Positions 44,950-54,400 of a stretch of DNA of 55,249 nucleotides are shown here, one piece after another. The DNA is from a virus (taxonomy: Duplodnaviria > Caudoviricetes), in IMG/VR virus record IMGVR_UViG_3300032296_001930, positions 1-55,249 of that record; one strand, 5' to 3'. A model generated the notes under the pieces. It was not told the origin of the DNA. It saw nothing but the letters and a program-made list of their open reading frames with translations, and did not search any database. Each line of letters begins with the position of its first letter. Positions within the stretch are counted from its first letter, which is position 1. Made by a program: the position numbers and the translations under genes.

Positions 44950-45380
44950 ACGAATGCCTTCATCAAAAGCGGATTGCCAGTGACCTTCGCGATGATTTCG
45001 TGATCGTTTAGGATCATGAACAGCGCGGGATCTTCGTCATCCTCGCCGGGCACTTCGACCTCCCAGCGATCACCGCCCCACTTGGGGACGCGGATGTAGT
45101 CACCTGCCGAGCACCATGCGCCCTCAGGCCACGCGACCATCGTGTCGCGGTGCTTGAACGCCAATGGGCCGACCTCGATGACCTTGGCCACCATGTTGTT
45201 CCACTTCTCGGTTTCCTTGGTCTCTTCGACCAAGATAATCCCGGCACTCGTTGCCTTCTTTTTGGTGCGGCGCAACTGCACGAGAATGCGGCCGCCAAGA
45301 GGTTTCGCACCGGGGTCTACGCTCGGAAATGCCCAAGCCATCTCAGCGGCGTCAGCCGCTACCGGTTCATTCATCTTCAT
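44946..45380 (-). CDS. groES: GroES-like co-chaperonin
   Basis: KPLGGRILV...TSAGIIL...AKVIEVGP...GDY...KWGG...ILNDHEIIAKV. Confidence 0.85.
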   Translation of the reverse strand: MKMNEPVAADAAEMAWAFPSVDPGAKPLGGRILVQLRRTKKKATSAGIILVEETKETEKWNNMVAKVIEVGPLAFKHRDTMVAWPEGAWCSAGDYIRVPKWGGDRWEVEVPGEDDEDPALFMILNDHEIIAKVTGNPLLMKAFV

Positions 45381-45552
45381 CGTCTTCCTTCATCAGGTTA
45401 TTGAGTATTTCGAGGGCTTCTTCTAGTCCCTCGTTTCTTCCGACCAGCCGCTGATAGGTGTCCCAATTCGGCGCATTACCCTGCGCCAAGGACGAGGCAA
45501 TTTGAGCCTGCGACGCCTTGATTCGGCCGATCAGATCGGAAATAGTTGCCAT
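45367..45552 (-). CDS. Hypothetical protein
   Basis: 61 aa; Y...VG...GL..A motif typical upstream of phage GroES. Confidence 0.7.
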   Translation of the reverse strand: MATISDLIGRIKASQAQIASSLAQGNAPNWDTYQRLVGRNEGLEEALEILNNLMKEDDEDE

Positions 45553-45558
45553 GAGTTT

Positions 45559-45708
45559 TTATTTGGGCTTCGCTTGCGAGAGACCTCCCTTCTGCGGTGC
45601 GGGCTGCTGGCCCTTAGGTTGCAGGGAAGTCCCGTCAAGTTTCTCGCCCATGGCGATGCGCTTGTGCATCGGGATCATCATGCTGTCTTGCGGTTTACTG
45701 GTAGCCAT
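45559..45708 (-). CDS. 49-aa hypothetical protein (MATSKPQD...QKGGLSQAKPK)
   Basis: Translated by hand; GGAGG SD; fills portal-to-61aa gap. Confidence 0.6.
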   Translation of the reverse strand: MATSKPQDSMMIPMHKRIAMGEKLDGTSLQPKGQQPAPQKGGLSQAKPK

Positions 45709-48262
45709 TTGAACCTCCGAGTTTGGATTGATAGTCAATGACGATACGCTCCTTGTCGTTCACAAGTCGCGCCGCATCTCTCGTCAGACGAGCCGTCTCG
45801 ATGCGTTCCTTCAACTCCATGTCGCCCGTTGCGATGGCCAGCCGGAGTTCCATCTCCTCCATCTCACGCTGCTGGCGCTGCTGCAACTCGGCCATGTCCA
45901 CCTGAATCTTGGCGGCCAATTCCTTGTCCTTGTGCTGCATCTCGGCCTGATCGCGGGCCTGACGGCGCTGGGTCTCGGCCATGCTGGTCTGTAGGAGCAC
46001 CTGCGCGTCCGGCGTCATGTCGGGCTTGGGCTTGTACTTCTGCTGATCCTGAACCATCTTCTGGATCACCGGCAGGATGCCTTGCAGGGTCTGTTCGGCG
46101 TCCATCTCGGTGTGCTGGCTGGCCAGCGCGAACAACTTGTCCACATCCTTCGGATCGTCGAGCAGGTCGTAGTCGCCCAACTTCTGGCCCATGGCCTTCT
46201 GGACATACCCGTTCATGCGCGAGAGGTACCACAGCACGATGTGCTGCTTGATGTGCTCGATGGCCTTGGGGAGGAAGCCCGGGGCGATGAAGGGGTTGGC
46301 ACCCAGCACCGGGTTCTTCGCAAAGTCGAGGTGGGCCTGAATGTGCCCGAGGTGATCCTGCTCGGGGTACGCGAACGCGGCCTGCCCAATGGACATGGCC
46401 ACATTCTCGTTGGCCGCGTCCATCTTGGCCGGGGGCGGCACATCGGTCATCAGTTCGTTGATGCCCGGCACCTTGATCTGCTTGAGGAACCGCTGGATCA
46501 CCGCCCGACGGTTGAACAGGTCGGGGTTCTTGTCCATGATGGCCATGACCGCTTGGGTCTGGGCCATGCGCTGGGTCTCGCTGAAGATGTGCGGGTCAGA
46601 GACCGGGATCACATCGGTGATGCGAGCGAAGTCCTCGCGCTTGACATCGAGGTCTTCCACCACCTCGGCACGCTTCATGTCGTCGAGGTACCAGCGGTTG
46701 ATGCGCGACAGGATCCGCAGCACCCGGGCCTGAGACTTGTGCAGGCGGGCGTGGATCGAGGAAAACACCGCCGCGCCCTGCTCGATCAACGCCTGCGTAG
46801 TTCCCACCGGGGCCGTAGAACTGATGTCGGCGATCTTCTCTTCGCTGGTGGTCACCACACCCTTGGCGGCGTCGGTCAGCCAGCCTAGCAACTGGAACAG
46901 CACGGGGCTGGGCGGGTTGAACGGCATCGGCATGGCCAACTTGCGGACATCGTCCACGCCCGGGGCGGCTTCAATCTCGGCCACCTGCGTGACTTCGACC
47001 TGCTGAGACTGGCCCGAGACCTTCGCGCCCTTGAGTTTCAGGAGCGTCGCGGCGTTGTTGATGTGGGCAGAGTCCAGCAAGGCCCGCAAAGCGCCCGTAA
47101 GGGCCGCGGAAAGCCCTCCAATGAGGTGCGGCAGGCCCACGGCGTAGGCACCGCGCCACGGGATGAACTTGTACTCGACGATCCAGTCGAGTTTGGTCAT
47201 CGTTTCGTCGCCGTCTTCCCAGTTTCGGTACAGACCCACCACCTCGGTGTTGATCTCGTCGATCATCAGGATGTACGGGGCCGGTTCACCCTTGGTGTAG
47301 GGGTCGTTTTCGATCTCCAGCCACGCATAGATGTGATAGACGCGGCGCAGACCGTCCTCGTTGTCGTTCGGAGACCGTCCTTCGATCTTGTCGGTGGCCT
47401 TTTGGGGGCCAGTCGGCTCGGGATCCATCGTCGCCCGCACGAAATCGGTGTCTCGGTACAGGCCAGAGGCGATTCGGGAGCGGAATTCCCACTCGGAGAT
47501 GTCATCGACCTCGGTCACCCGGGGCGAGGTGTAGAAATTGGCCGCCGCGAAGGGCAAAAGCACATTGTCGATGGGCAAAAACTGGGCGCAGGGGCGCTTT
47601 TTCTTCTCGTCGTACCAGATCTTGAGGTACTGCGAGCCACCAAGCGGCAACTGGGTGAGCATTTGCTCCTGCTCGTCGCAGAATTCCTCGATCTGCTCCG
47701 ACAACTGCCAGTTCATGTAGTCGCGCTTGCGCTCGGCAATCGCCACTTTCTCCTCATCGACATCGCCGAGGATCTTCGTGCGGGTCGGGCCGTCAGGCGG
47801 GAACAGTTCTTTGATGGCGCGGGCAGCGAAATCGACGCACGCCTCGGCCATCACGGGGTGAACCACCTTCGATGCGCCTTGGAAATTCGCGCCGCCGGGG
47901 GCGTCATTGCCCAAACCGGTGCGCTTGATGCCCTCTTCGTACTGCTTGTCGCGCTGCTTGCGGGCTTCCTTGTCCTTGTCGGCCAGTTCGATGAACCGCA
48001 GCGCCATGGTGCTGAGTTCGCCCAAGTCGAGGATGTCGGTATCGGCGAGGTTCTCGTAAAAATCCTTGCTGTCCATCGGCCCGGTGGTGTCCAGACGGAC
48101 GCGAACAGACCCGTCGGGCAGTTCTTCGAGGTCGTCGTCGGTCAGTTCGAGTTCAACCTCCATGCCCTCTTCGCCCTCGGGCGGCTGCTCAGGCGACGCA
48201 TCGTCGGGGATTCCCTCAACGAAGCGCCCAAACTCGGGGTCAATTGGCATCTGTGTGGCCAT
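45695..48262 (-). CDS. Portal protein (P22-like, long C-terminal coiled coil)
   Basis: 855 aa; GAS.V.HP...EA..F.A.A..EL.P..GP, F..NLA, PVGTT.AL motifs; position. Confidence 0.85.
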   Translation of the reverse strand: MATQMPIDPEFGRFVEGIPDDASPEQPPEGEEGMEVELELTDDDLEELPDGSVRVRLDTTGPMDSKDFYENLADTDILDLGELSTMALRFIELADKDKEARKQRDKQYEEGIKRTGLGNDAPGGANFQGASKVVHPVMAEACVDFAARAIKELFPPDGPTRTKILGDVDEEKVAIAERKRDYMNWQLSEQIEEFCDEQEQMLTQLPLGGSQYLKIWYDEKKKRPCAQFLPIDNVLLPFAAANFYTSPRVTEVDDISEWEFRSRIASGLYRDTDFVRATMDPEPTGPQKATDKIEGRSPNDNEDGLRRVYHIYAWLEIENDPYTKGEPAPYILMIDEINTEVVGLYRNWEDGDETMTKLDWIVEYKFIPWRGAYAVGLPHLIGGLSAALTGALRALLDSAHINNAATLLKLKGAKVSGQSQQVEVTQVAEIEAAPGVDDVRKLAMPMPFNPPSPVLFQLLGWLTDAAKGVVTTSEEKIADISSTAPVGTTQALIEQGAAVFSSIHARLHKSQARVLRILSRINRWYLDDMKRAEVVEDLDVKREDFARITDVIPVSDPHIFSETQRMAQTQAVMAIMDKNPDLFNRRAVIQRFLKQIKVPGINELMTDVPPPAKMDAANENVAMSIGQAAFAYPEQDHLGHIQAHLDFAKNPVLGANPFIAPGFLPKAIEHIKQHIVLWYLSRMNGYVQKAMGQKLGDYDLLDDPKDVDKLFALASQHTEMDAEQTLQGILPVIQKMVQDQQKYKPKPDMTPDAQVLLQTSMAETQRRQARDQAEMQHKDKELAAKIQVDMAELQQRQQREMEEMELRLAIATGDMELKERIETARLTRDAARLVNDKERIVIDYQSKLGGSNGYQ

Positions 48263-48274
48263 GTTCTGGTTCCT

Positions 48275-49723
48275 TTATTCGTTTGAGGCCATGGAAAGCC
48301 CACTGACGGGGGCGCTCTGCTGCTCCATGAGCATCATGATCACCTCTTCAGGGCTGACGCCCATCTCCCGCGCCATATCCAAGATCTGCATGGCCAGCAT
48401 CTCGTCCTGTGACGGCTGTTGCGGCTGCTCGACGGCAGCCAGACCGCCCTCGTTGTAGCGCTTGGTCACCGAGCCGCCCTCCTTGCGAAGGTAGTCCTTG
48501 CCGCGCAGAACCTCCTGCATCACCTGCAAGGGGCTGCGGCCAGTCTGCTCGGCGGTGCGGCGGATCATGCGCTCAAGGTTGTCGATGTACAACTCCGGCT
48601 TGGTCTTGAGAGCCGTGACATCGGCAGACCCGTACCAGCCCAGCGCTTGGGCCTCGGCGGGGTCAATGCCGCGGCGCTTGGCCGCACGCTGCCAGAAGTC
48701 TTCGAAGCCCGCGTACTCAGACCCAGAAGGCGCAGCCTCCCAGAACCCGGGGCGCTCCTTGGCCTCCTTCAGAGACATCCGGCCCTCGGCGACATCCTTG
48801 CGCGGGAAGTGCGTGGCGATCACATTGCCCTCGTCGTCCTTCTCGACCAGTTTGGACGCCAGCCAGCGCGGGTCTCCGCGCTCGATGATCGGGCCTCGAA
48901 CCGCATTCACATCCACGGTCACCGGCCGCAGGTTGCCCTGATAGTTCCGGTAGAAGGTGCCCAGTTTCCTGTCGGGCGGCAGCGCCCCCTCGATGTCGCC
49001 AGCGGCGATCTGCTTGCCGCGGCTGAAGATGTCGCCCTGCGCCAGCGATCCGTACCCGGGCGGCAGTTCAATCGGCGTGCCCTCGGGCATCGGCTCCTTG
49101 CCCCGGCGGATCTTGTTCGTCAGCAGGAAAGCGTCATCCGGCAGGCCGCCGGTCTGGCTCAGGTGCCACAGGTACGAACCCATGCGGTTCTGCTGATCAA
49201 CCGGGTTGCGCTGGGACGCGGAGGCCATCTGCGCGAGGAAGGTGTCGAACTCCTTCTGGCTCAGGCCCGCGTCCATGGCCACCTGCCGCAGCGGCTCGGT
49301 GCCGTACCACTCCCGCATCCCCAACTCTTCACCCTTGGAGATCAGTTTGTCGGCCTTCTTGCGGGCGGTCGGGCTGTCGAGCAGGTCTTGCATCCGCTCG
49401 GTGTACTTGGGCGTCTTGCCTGCGGCCCGGGCCTTGTCCACGCTGGGCATCCGCGGCAGATCCACCTGCGGCACGCCGGGGGTGTACATCCCCTGCCCGC
49501 GGGGCATCAGCGGCAGTCCAGTGCCCTGCGGCGTGGTCATCGGGGGCGTCTTGGACTCCAGCACCTCACCCATCTTAGAAACCGATTGGCTTTCGATTGG
49601 CTTGGGAAACGGTTCTACCGCAGGCAGTTCGGCCGCTTTGGCAGGTTGCTGATCGGCCATGCCCAGCAGGCGCTTCAGGCGGTTCTTGGCGGCCTCTTTG
49701 GCCCCGGCGGGTACGGTGGGCAT
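48275..49723 (-). CDS. Putative cargo enzyme with HhH-glycosylase-like motif pattern and C-terminal GG motifs
   Basis: WY...A..S.R....N...K...F..N...TVD....Y...AQA..W pattern; tail RKEGGSV..YNEGGLAAV. Confidence 0.5.
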   Translation of the reverse strand: MPTVPAGAKEAAKNRLKRLLGMADQQPAKAAELPAVEPFPKPIESQSVSKMGEVLESKTPPMTTPQGTGLPLMPRGQGMYTPGVPQVDLPRMPSVDKARAAGKTPKYTERMQDLLDSPTARKKADKLISKGEELGMREWYGTEPLRQVAMDAGLSQKEFDTFLAQMASASQRNPVDQQNRMGSYLWHLSQTGGLPDDAFLLTNKIRRGKEPMPEGTPIELPPGYGSLAQGDIFSRGKQIAAGDIEGALPPDRKLGTFYRNYQGNLRPVTVDVNAVRGPIIERGDPRWLASKLVEKDDEGNVIATHFPRKDVAEGRMSLKEAKERPGFWEAAPSGSEYAGFEDFWQRAAKRRGIDPAEAQALGWYGSADVTALKTKPELYIDNLERMIRRTAEQTGRSPLQVMQEVLRGKDYLRKEGGSVTKRYNEGGLAAVEQPQQPSQDEMLAMQILDMAREMGVSPEEVIMMLMEQQSAPVSGLSMASNE

Positions 49724-51663
49724 CAGCGCTTCCCCTTGACGGCGGATAGGCCGCCCTGCTTAAACGGTTGGACGGGCGTGGGCTTGTACATGATGGCCGT
49801 GCCCTGCTGCGGGTTCATCAGGCCCTCGTAGCCGTACTCCTTGGCCATGCGCTCCACATCGGTGAAGGCCTGAGACGGATCGGCCACGCCCTTGTTGTAC
49901 TTGGCCGTGAACGGCGTGCGGTTGGCCTCGGCGGCCAGCGTGCGAAGCAGCAGGGGATCGGACGCAAGGTCGTACAGGCCCTCGCTGCGGGTGCCGTAGC
50001 GGAAGCGCCCCAGCCCCGGCTCGGGGCGCACTGTAGACGGGTCGCCGGTGTAGAAGTAGGATCGCTCCATCACCGGGTTGGCGGTTCCCGTGAGGCGCTC
50101 CATTTCCCGGCCCTTGATGCCGGTGCCGTACCGGGTCGGGTCGAGCATCTGGAGATCGGGCGAATGACTGAAGTGGGTCAGCATCTCCGAGGCCGCGGTG
50201 CCCGGCTCCGGCCGGATCAGGGGCTGGATGTACCCGGGCATCCCGCCGGTGTAGGCGGTCTCGATGAACTCAGGGGGCAGCAGCACGCTCTTCTGGGGCG
50301 CGAACTGGAAGCCTCCCCATGCCTCCCCCAGCAACTTGTCGATCTCGGCCACATCGGCCTTCTGGCCGCGTCGGCTGGCCTCGTAGCGGGCCTCGTTCAG
50401 GCGATTGATGCGGGACTTGATCTCGGCGTTGACCGGGGTGTAGTTGACGAAGGAGTTCTGGCCCCGGGTCTCGCTGGCCATGGCCATCCGCGCAAGGGGG
50501 GAGAACATCTGGGCGTGCGCCCCATAGGCGATCTCCTCACCCTTGGGGCCGAACGGGTTGCCATGGACGGCGTGCCCATAGAAGTCGTGAATGGCCCGGA
50601 ACATCTCGTTGGTGTTCAGGCCAGACTCGGGATCAAGCGCGTTCAGGAAGTCGTGAGGGTCGCCGCCTTGGTAGACATACAGGTGCCGGTTGCCGTACAC
50701 ATCGCGCAGCATCTCGCCGCTGCTCTGGTAGTTGCCCTCCCCGGCGCGGTGGTAGGACATATTCACCGGCAGGGCGTGGAACTGGTCGGCGGTCTCTTTG
50801 GCCAACTGGCGGTAGGACGCCTCCAGCAACTGGTCGTAGTTCTGTGCGCCGGTGGCCTCGACCAGTTCGGGGTAGCGCTTGCCGTATGCCTCGAAGACCG
50901 AGCGCTTGTAGGCGTCGTCACCGTCGGCAGCCAGTTGGAAGGTGCGCCCGATGGCGGACTGCTTGGCAAGGCTTGAGGGAGGCATCTCGGGCAGGCTGTA
51001 GCCCTTGCCCCCGACGCGCTGGCTGTAGTCGTCGGCCGTGCGGTAGACGAAGTTCGACGGGTCTTTGATCAGTAGGCTGATCGCCTCGTCCGATACTGGT
51101 TGCGGAACATCGCCTCCACCTGATCCTGCGGCAGTGTCGGCTTGCCGTACTTCTTCTCGTACTCCCCGATCCTTTGGTCGAGCCGCTTGAGCAGATCTCG
51201 GTTTGACTCTGTAGAAGGGGCCTTCTTGGGCTGTTTCATATCGACTCTCCTTTATTTTTGGAACCTCAGGCGTGGCCATCGGCTTGAACTTCTCACCACG
51301 ACGCATCGCCCGTGCAGCGCGGACGGTGCCTGCCGCCCCGGGGATCAGCCCCAGCGCAGCGAAGGTGCCCTCGACACCCGCACCCACCACATCGCCCTGC
51401 TTGGCCGCCTGCACCGCCTGCTCGCCGCCGCGCACGGCCTCCTGCGTTTGCAGGCCCGTGCCCAGAAACGGCACGAAGTCCGCCAGCCCAACATTGAGCG
51501 GCAGGTTACTGCTTGGGCCGCCCATGATCGTGTCAGCACGCTGGCGGGCTTTGTACCGGTTGACACCGAGTTTCTCTAGCCCGGCCTGCAAGCCTGACGC
51601 AAGGCGCTCGCGCACCGTCGGGTCATATGGCTTGATTTCACCGGTGATGGGTACATCAGCCAT
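49723..51663 (-). CDS. Polyvalent-type protein: metallopeptidase-like plus possible ADP-ribosyltransferase-like domain
   Basis: FRAIHDFYGH...GEEIA zincin-like motif; THFS...LDP..YG.G...RSYFY...EYGYEG; ends FKQGGLSAVKGKR. Confidence 0.5.
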   Translation of the reverse strand: MADVPITGEIKPYDPTVRERLASGLQAGLEKLGVNRYKARQRADTIMGGPSSNLPLNVGLADFVPFLGTGLQTQEAVRGGEQAVQAAKQGDVVGAGVEGTFAALGLIPGAAGTVRAARAMRRGEKFKPMATPEVPKIKESRYETAQEGPFYRVKPRSAQAARPKDRGVREEVRQADTAAGSGGGDVPQPVSDEAISLLIKDPSNFVYRTADDYSQRVGGKGYSLPEMPPSSLAKQSAIGRTFQLAADGDDAYKRSVFEAYGKRYPELVEATGAQNYDQLLEASYRQLAKETADQFHALPVNMSYHRAGEGNYQSSGEMLRDVYGNRHLYVYQGGDPHDFLNALDPESGLNTNEMFRAIHDFYGHAVHGNPFGPKGEEIAYGAHAQMFSPLARMAMASETRGQNSFVNYTPVNAEIKSRINRLNEARYEASRRGQKADVAEIDKLLGEAWGGFQFAPQKSVLLPPEFIETAYTGGMPGYIQPLIRPEPGTAASEMLTHFSHSPDLQMLDPTRYGTGIKGREMERLTGTANPVMERSYFYTGDPSTVRPEPGLGRFRYGTRSEGLYDLASDPLLLRTLAAEANRTPFTAKYNKGVADPSQAFTDVERMAKEYGYEGLMNPQQGTAIMYKPTPVQPFKQGGLSAVKGKR

Positions 51664-51722
51664 TAACTTCCCCTTGGTGAATCAATACCATCATCATAAT
51701 CGCCGCGCACTGTCAAGTCCAC

Positions 51723-52031
51723 CTACGGCTTGATGTAAGCCAGCGGCTCGTTGACGCGCATGACCGACTTCTCGGTGGCCTTGAGATCGTTCAGCACCTC
51801 GCGGGAGACCAGTTCGAGGTCGTGCTTGCGAAGATGGCCCTCGATGATGTTGACCCGCTCCACCGCCCACAGAATACGCGGGCTGCGGTGCAGGCGCAGG
51901 CGAAAGCGTGCGGAGAAGGTCTCGCACTTGGCGAAGTCGAACCATACCCAGATGGCCACGAACCCGCCCGGTGCCCCGTACAGGTTCAGGCCCAGCCTGA
52001 AGTAGTCGCCCTCTTTCTTGAAATGAATCAT
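51723..52031 (-). CDS. Hypothetical protein
   Basis: 102 aa, GAGG SD, follows terL. Confidence 0.7.
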   Translation of the reverse strand: MIHFKKEGDYFRLGLNLYGAPGGFVAIWVWFDFAKCETFSARFRLRLHRSPRILWAVERVNIIEGHLRKHDLELVSREVLNDLKATEKSVMRVNEPLAYIKP

Positions 52032-52041
52032 GGTGCCCTCC

Positions 52042-53466
52042 TCAAACGGCGTATGGGTTGATCCGGCGCGGCCTGCCGGTGTCGGCGTAGTCGTCCTCGT
52101 CCCAGTCCTCTTCGGGCGGGGGATCGACCTCCAGCCAGCCAGCGTCGCGCAGCCAGCGCAGGGCCTGCGAGGCGGTATCGACGAAGTCGTCGTGCGTGGT
52201 CTCGGGGAAGGCGCAGATCTGGCTCACGAAGCCCTCGGCCCAGTCCCTGACATACCCCTTGCGCTGGCTCGACTCGGGGATCCAGACCCGGCCGCGGGCG
52301 ATGATGTGGGAGACGATGTTCAGGCGCTGCACCTTGTCGGCCTTGCCGGGGTTGTAGGCCATGACCGGCAGGTGCGCCCGCTGCAAGTCTTGGATCAGGC
52401 TGATGCCCGAGGACTTGTCCTCGATCAGGATCAGATCCACGCGCTTCTTCTCCTTGCCCTCGCCGAAGACCACGCCGTACTCCTCGACCACCTTGGGGCG
52501 CAGGTCGGGGTACTGGAGCCTGTCCTGCCACGCATCGATCAGCATGACCGACATCGGGCCATCCAGCGGCTTGAACACGCCCCAGACCGTGCAGGCCGTG
52601 GGATCGTTCTGGGTCTTCTCGGTGGCGGCGCAGTCGTAGGACTGGAGGATGTACTCGAACTTCGGGAAGGGCTTGCCATCGGGCCACAGGCGGAACCAGT
52701 CCCGCTTGACGATGCCGCCCTCCTCGGGGTCGATGATCTCGGCGTAGATCTCCTGCCGCCCCAACTTCGTGCCCTCGTAGGACAAGATCTGCTTTTTGAA
52801 GTTGTCGCTCAGGTTGGCCAAATTGGCGTAGGTCGAGGCCGTGGTCAGCACAACATCGTCACCCTCCCGGGCGATCAGTTCGAGGATCAGATCCTTGGGC
52901 TTGGGCGTCGTGGTGCAGATCAGGCGGGTCTTAAACCCCTCGCCGAGGGTCAGGCGCAGGCCGAACTGCATCATGTCCCATGCGTCTTGCAAGTACTCCC
53001 ACGCGGCCAACTCGTCGCACCAGCCGCCATGGAACTGCGGGCCGCGGAAGCGCTCAGGCTCGCTGGCCGGGATACCCTTGATCAGGCTGCCGTTGACCAG
53101 CCGGAGTTCGTGCAGGGCCTTGTTGTAGTCCTCGATCAGGAACGCGGGGATCACCGACACCAGCCCGGAGTCGCCCTCGAAGCAGGTGCCGCGGACATCG
53201 GCGCTCGTGGGCGCTGCCACCAGCCAGCGGGTCTTGGGGTACTCCCACGCCCACCAGCCCAGTTGCTCGGCCGCAGTGCGGGTCTTCCCGGCTCCCCGAC
53301 CGGCCAGCATCAGCCAGATCGACCACCAGTCCCCATGGGGCAGGGTCTGGTGCGGGAGGGCGTTGTGCTGCCATGTCAGCCGCCACGCGGTGGCGAGTTT
53401 CTTGTACGGCGGCAATTCCTTGAAGGCCGCCTGTACTTGGGGATCTGCCAGTTCAGCGAGATCCAT
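52042..53466 (-). CDS. terL: Terminase large subunit
   Basis: Walker A AGRGAGKT, Walker B WCDE, TTTP coupling motif, nuclease SYD...IEDK...FP...HDD.VD. Confidence 0.95.
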   Translation of the reverse strand: MDLAELADPQVQAAFKELPPYKKLATAWRLTWQHNALPHQTLPHGDWWSIWLMLAGRGAGKTRTAAEQLGWWAWEYPKTRWLVAAPTSADVRGTCFEGDSGLVSVIPAFLIEDYNKALHELRLVNGSLIKGIPASEPERFRGPQFHGGWCDELAAWEYLQDAWDMMQFGLRLTLGEGFKTRLICTTTPKPKDLILELIAREGDDVVLTTASTYANLANLSDNFKKQILSYEGTKLGRQEIYAEIIDPEEGGIVKRDWFRLWPDGKPFPKFEYILQSYDCAATEKTQNDPTACTVWGVFKPLDGPMSVMLIDAWQDRLQYPDLRPKVVEEYGVVFGEGKEKKRVDLILIEDKSSGISLIQDLQRAHLPVMAYNPGKADKVQRLNIVSHIIARGRVWIPESSQRKGYVRDWAEGFVSQICAFPETTHDDFVDTASQALRWLRDAGWLEVDPPPEEDWDEDDYADTGRPRRINPYAV

Positions 53467-54106
53467 TGGCCTGCCGTTTCAACTCGATGTTCTGGAGCAG
53501 GGCGGCCATCATCTTCTCGGCCTGCGACTCCACCTCGACCTTCAGCGGGTTCTCGGCGTCACCGGCCAGTTGCACCCGGTCGCCGAAGCGCTTGGGATCC
53601 CACTTGGCCAGCAGTTTCAGCCGGGTCTCGATCTGAAGTTTGCGGTGCCCCAGCATATCCTCCCGGGACAGCGCAATCGTTTCATTGCCCTTGTGGTCTA
53701 CCGAGGTGGTCTCCTTGACCCCCAACTGCGGGGTGTCGGCAATGATCAGGCACTGCTCGGCCAGCGCGTCATATCCAATTTCGCGTGCGCGTGCGATGCT
53801 TGCGGAAAGGCCGACGCCGCCTCCAGCAGCAACAGCCTCGTCATCCCGATACATCCAGTCGTAGATGGTTCTCCATGCTGGGAACCCTTCCATGCGACAG
53901 ATCTCTTGGAGGGGTACTCCTTCTGCGAGGAGGTTGCACATCTTCTGTGCGATCTCTGGGGTGTATTTGCTTGGGCGGCCGGTTTTCTTGGCCTCAAGGC
54001 TTTTGGGCGGGATTTCTGCGGGCGCGGCTGTCTCACCCTTGCTGGGGGCCGCTACGGCCTTGGTGGCCTTCTTCGCTGGCTTTCTCGGGGTTTCTGGCTT
54101 GGCCAT
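53453..54106 (-). CDS. terS: Terminase small subunit (Sf6 gp1-like)
   Basis: GRPSKY...C..LAEG..L..IC...P...T...W...ARE.G.D...KL..ETR...LAKW.PK.FGD. Confidence 0.88.
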   Translation of the reverse strand: MAKPETPRKPAKKATKAVAAPSKGETAAPAEIPPKSLEAKKTGRPSKYTPEIAQKMCNLLAEGVPLQEICRMEGFPAWRTIYDWMYRDDEAVAAGGGVGLSASIARAREIGYDALAEQCLIIADTPQLGVKETTSVDHKGNETIALSREDMLGHRKLQIETRLKLLAKWDPKRFGDRVQLAGDAENPLKVEVESQAEKMMAALLQNIELKRQANGSR

Positions 54107-54251
54107 ATTCCTCTCCGGTTATTTTTGAACTGTCGCCAGTGTAAACCCTTTCGGTTTTCATTGGAGTTGGTGGCGCACTGGGTTCGGGGCTTATCGATTC
54201 CCTCCCAGTGCATTGACAATGAATACGGTACTCCGTCCATGCCCTGTCCCA

Positions 54252-54400
54252 CCAACACGACTGGGGACTGAGGCGGGATTCGAACCCTTACCGGACTCCT
54301 CTCGGCTAGCCATAACGCCTGTCCGTTTGCCTTTCGACTTTCAGCGAGTCTCCTGAAGTGTGGCTGCACCCCCTCGCCTCTCAATCCCCATGCGTGTTGG
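54252..54400 (-). ncRNA. Putative structured, tRNA-like non-coding RNA
   Basis: Complementary arms CCAACACG..GGGGATTGAG / CTCAGTCCCC..CGTGTTGG enclosing a GGGTTCGAATCCC T-loop and internal hairpins; intergenic. Confidence 0.55.

Noticed and set aside
51680-51716. Strong sigma70 promoter for the cargo genes
   Set aside because: Perfect TTGACA but no good -10 at 16-19 bp; not listed as a feature
52030-53718. Long plus-strand ORFs opposite late genes (also 47063-48286, 48419-49831, 49768-50976 and others)
   Set aside because: Antisense shadows of high-GC3 genes with no motifs or SD sites
54320-54360. Hammerhead ribozyme or c-di-GMP riboswitch (CUGAAAG...GAAA...GGCAAAC)
   Set aside because: Does not match the CUGANGA core or the GEMM element order; resemblance only partial
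54262-54387. Canonical tRNA or tmRNA gene
   Set aside because: T-loop and CCA are present, but the T-stem has only 3 bp, there is no clear D/anticodon arm, and ~125 nt is too long for tRNA and too short for tmRNA; kept as putative ncRNA
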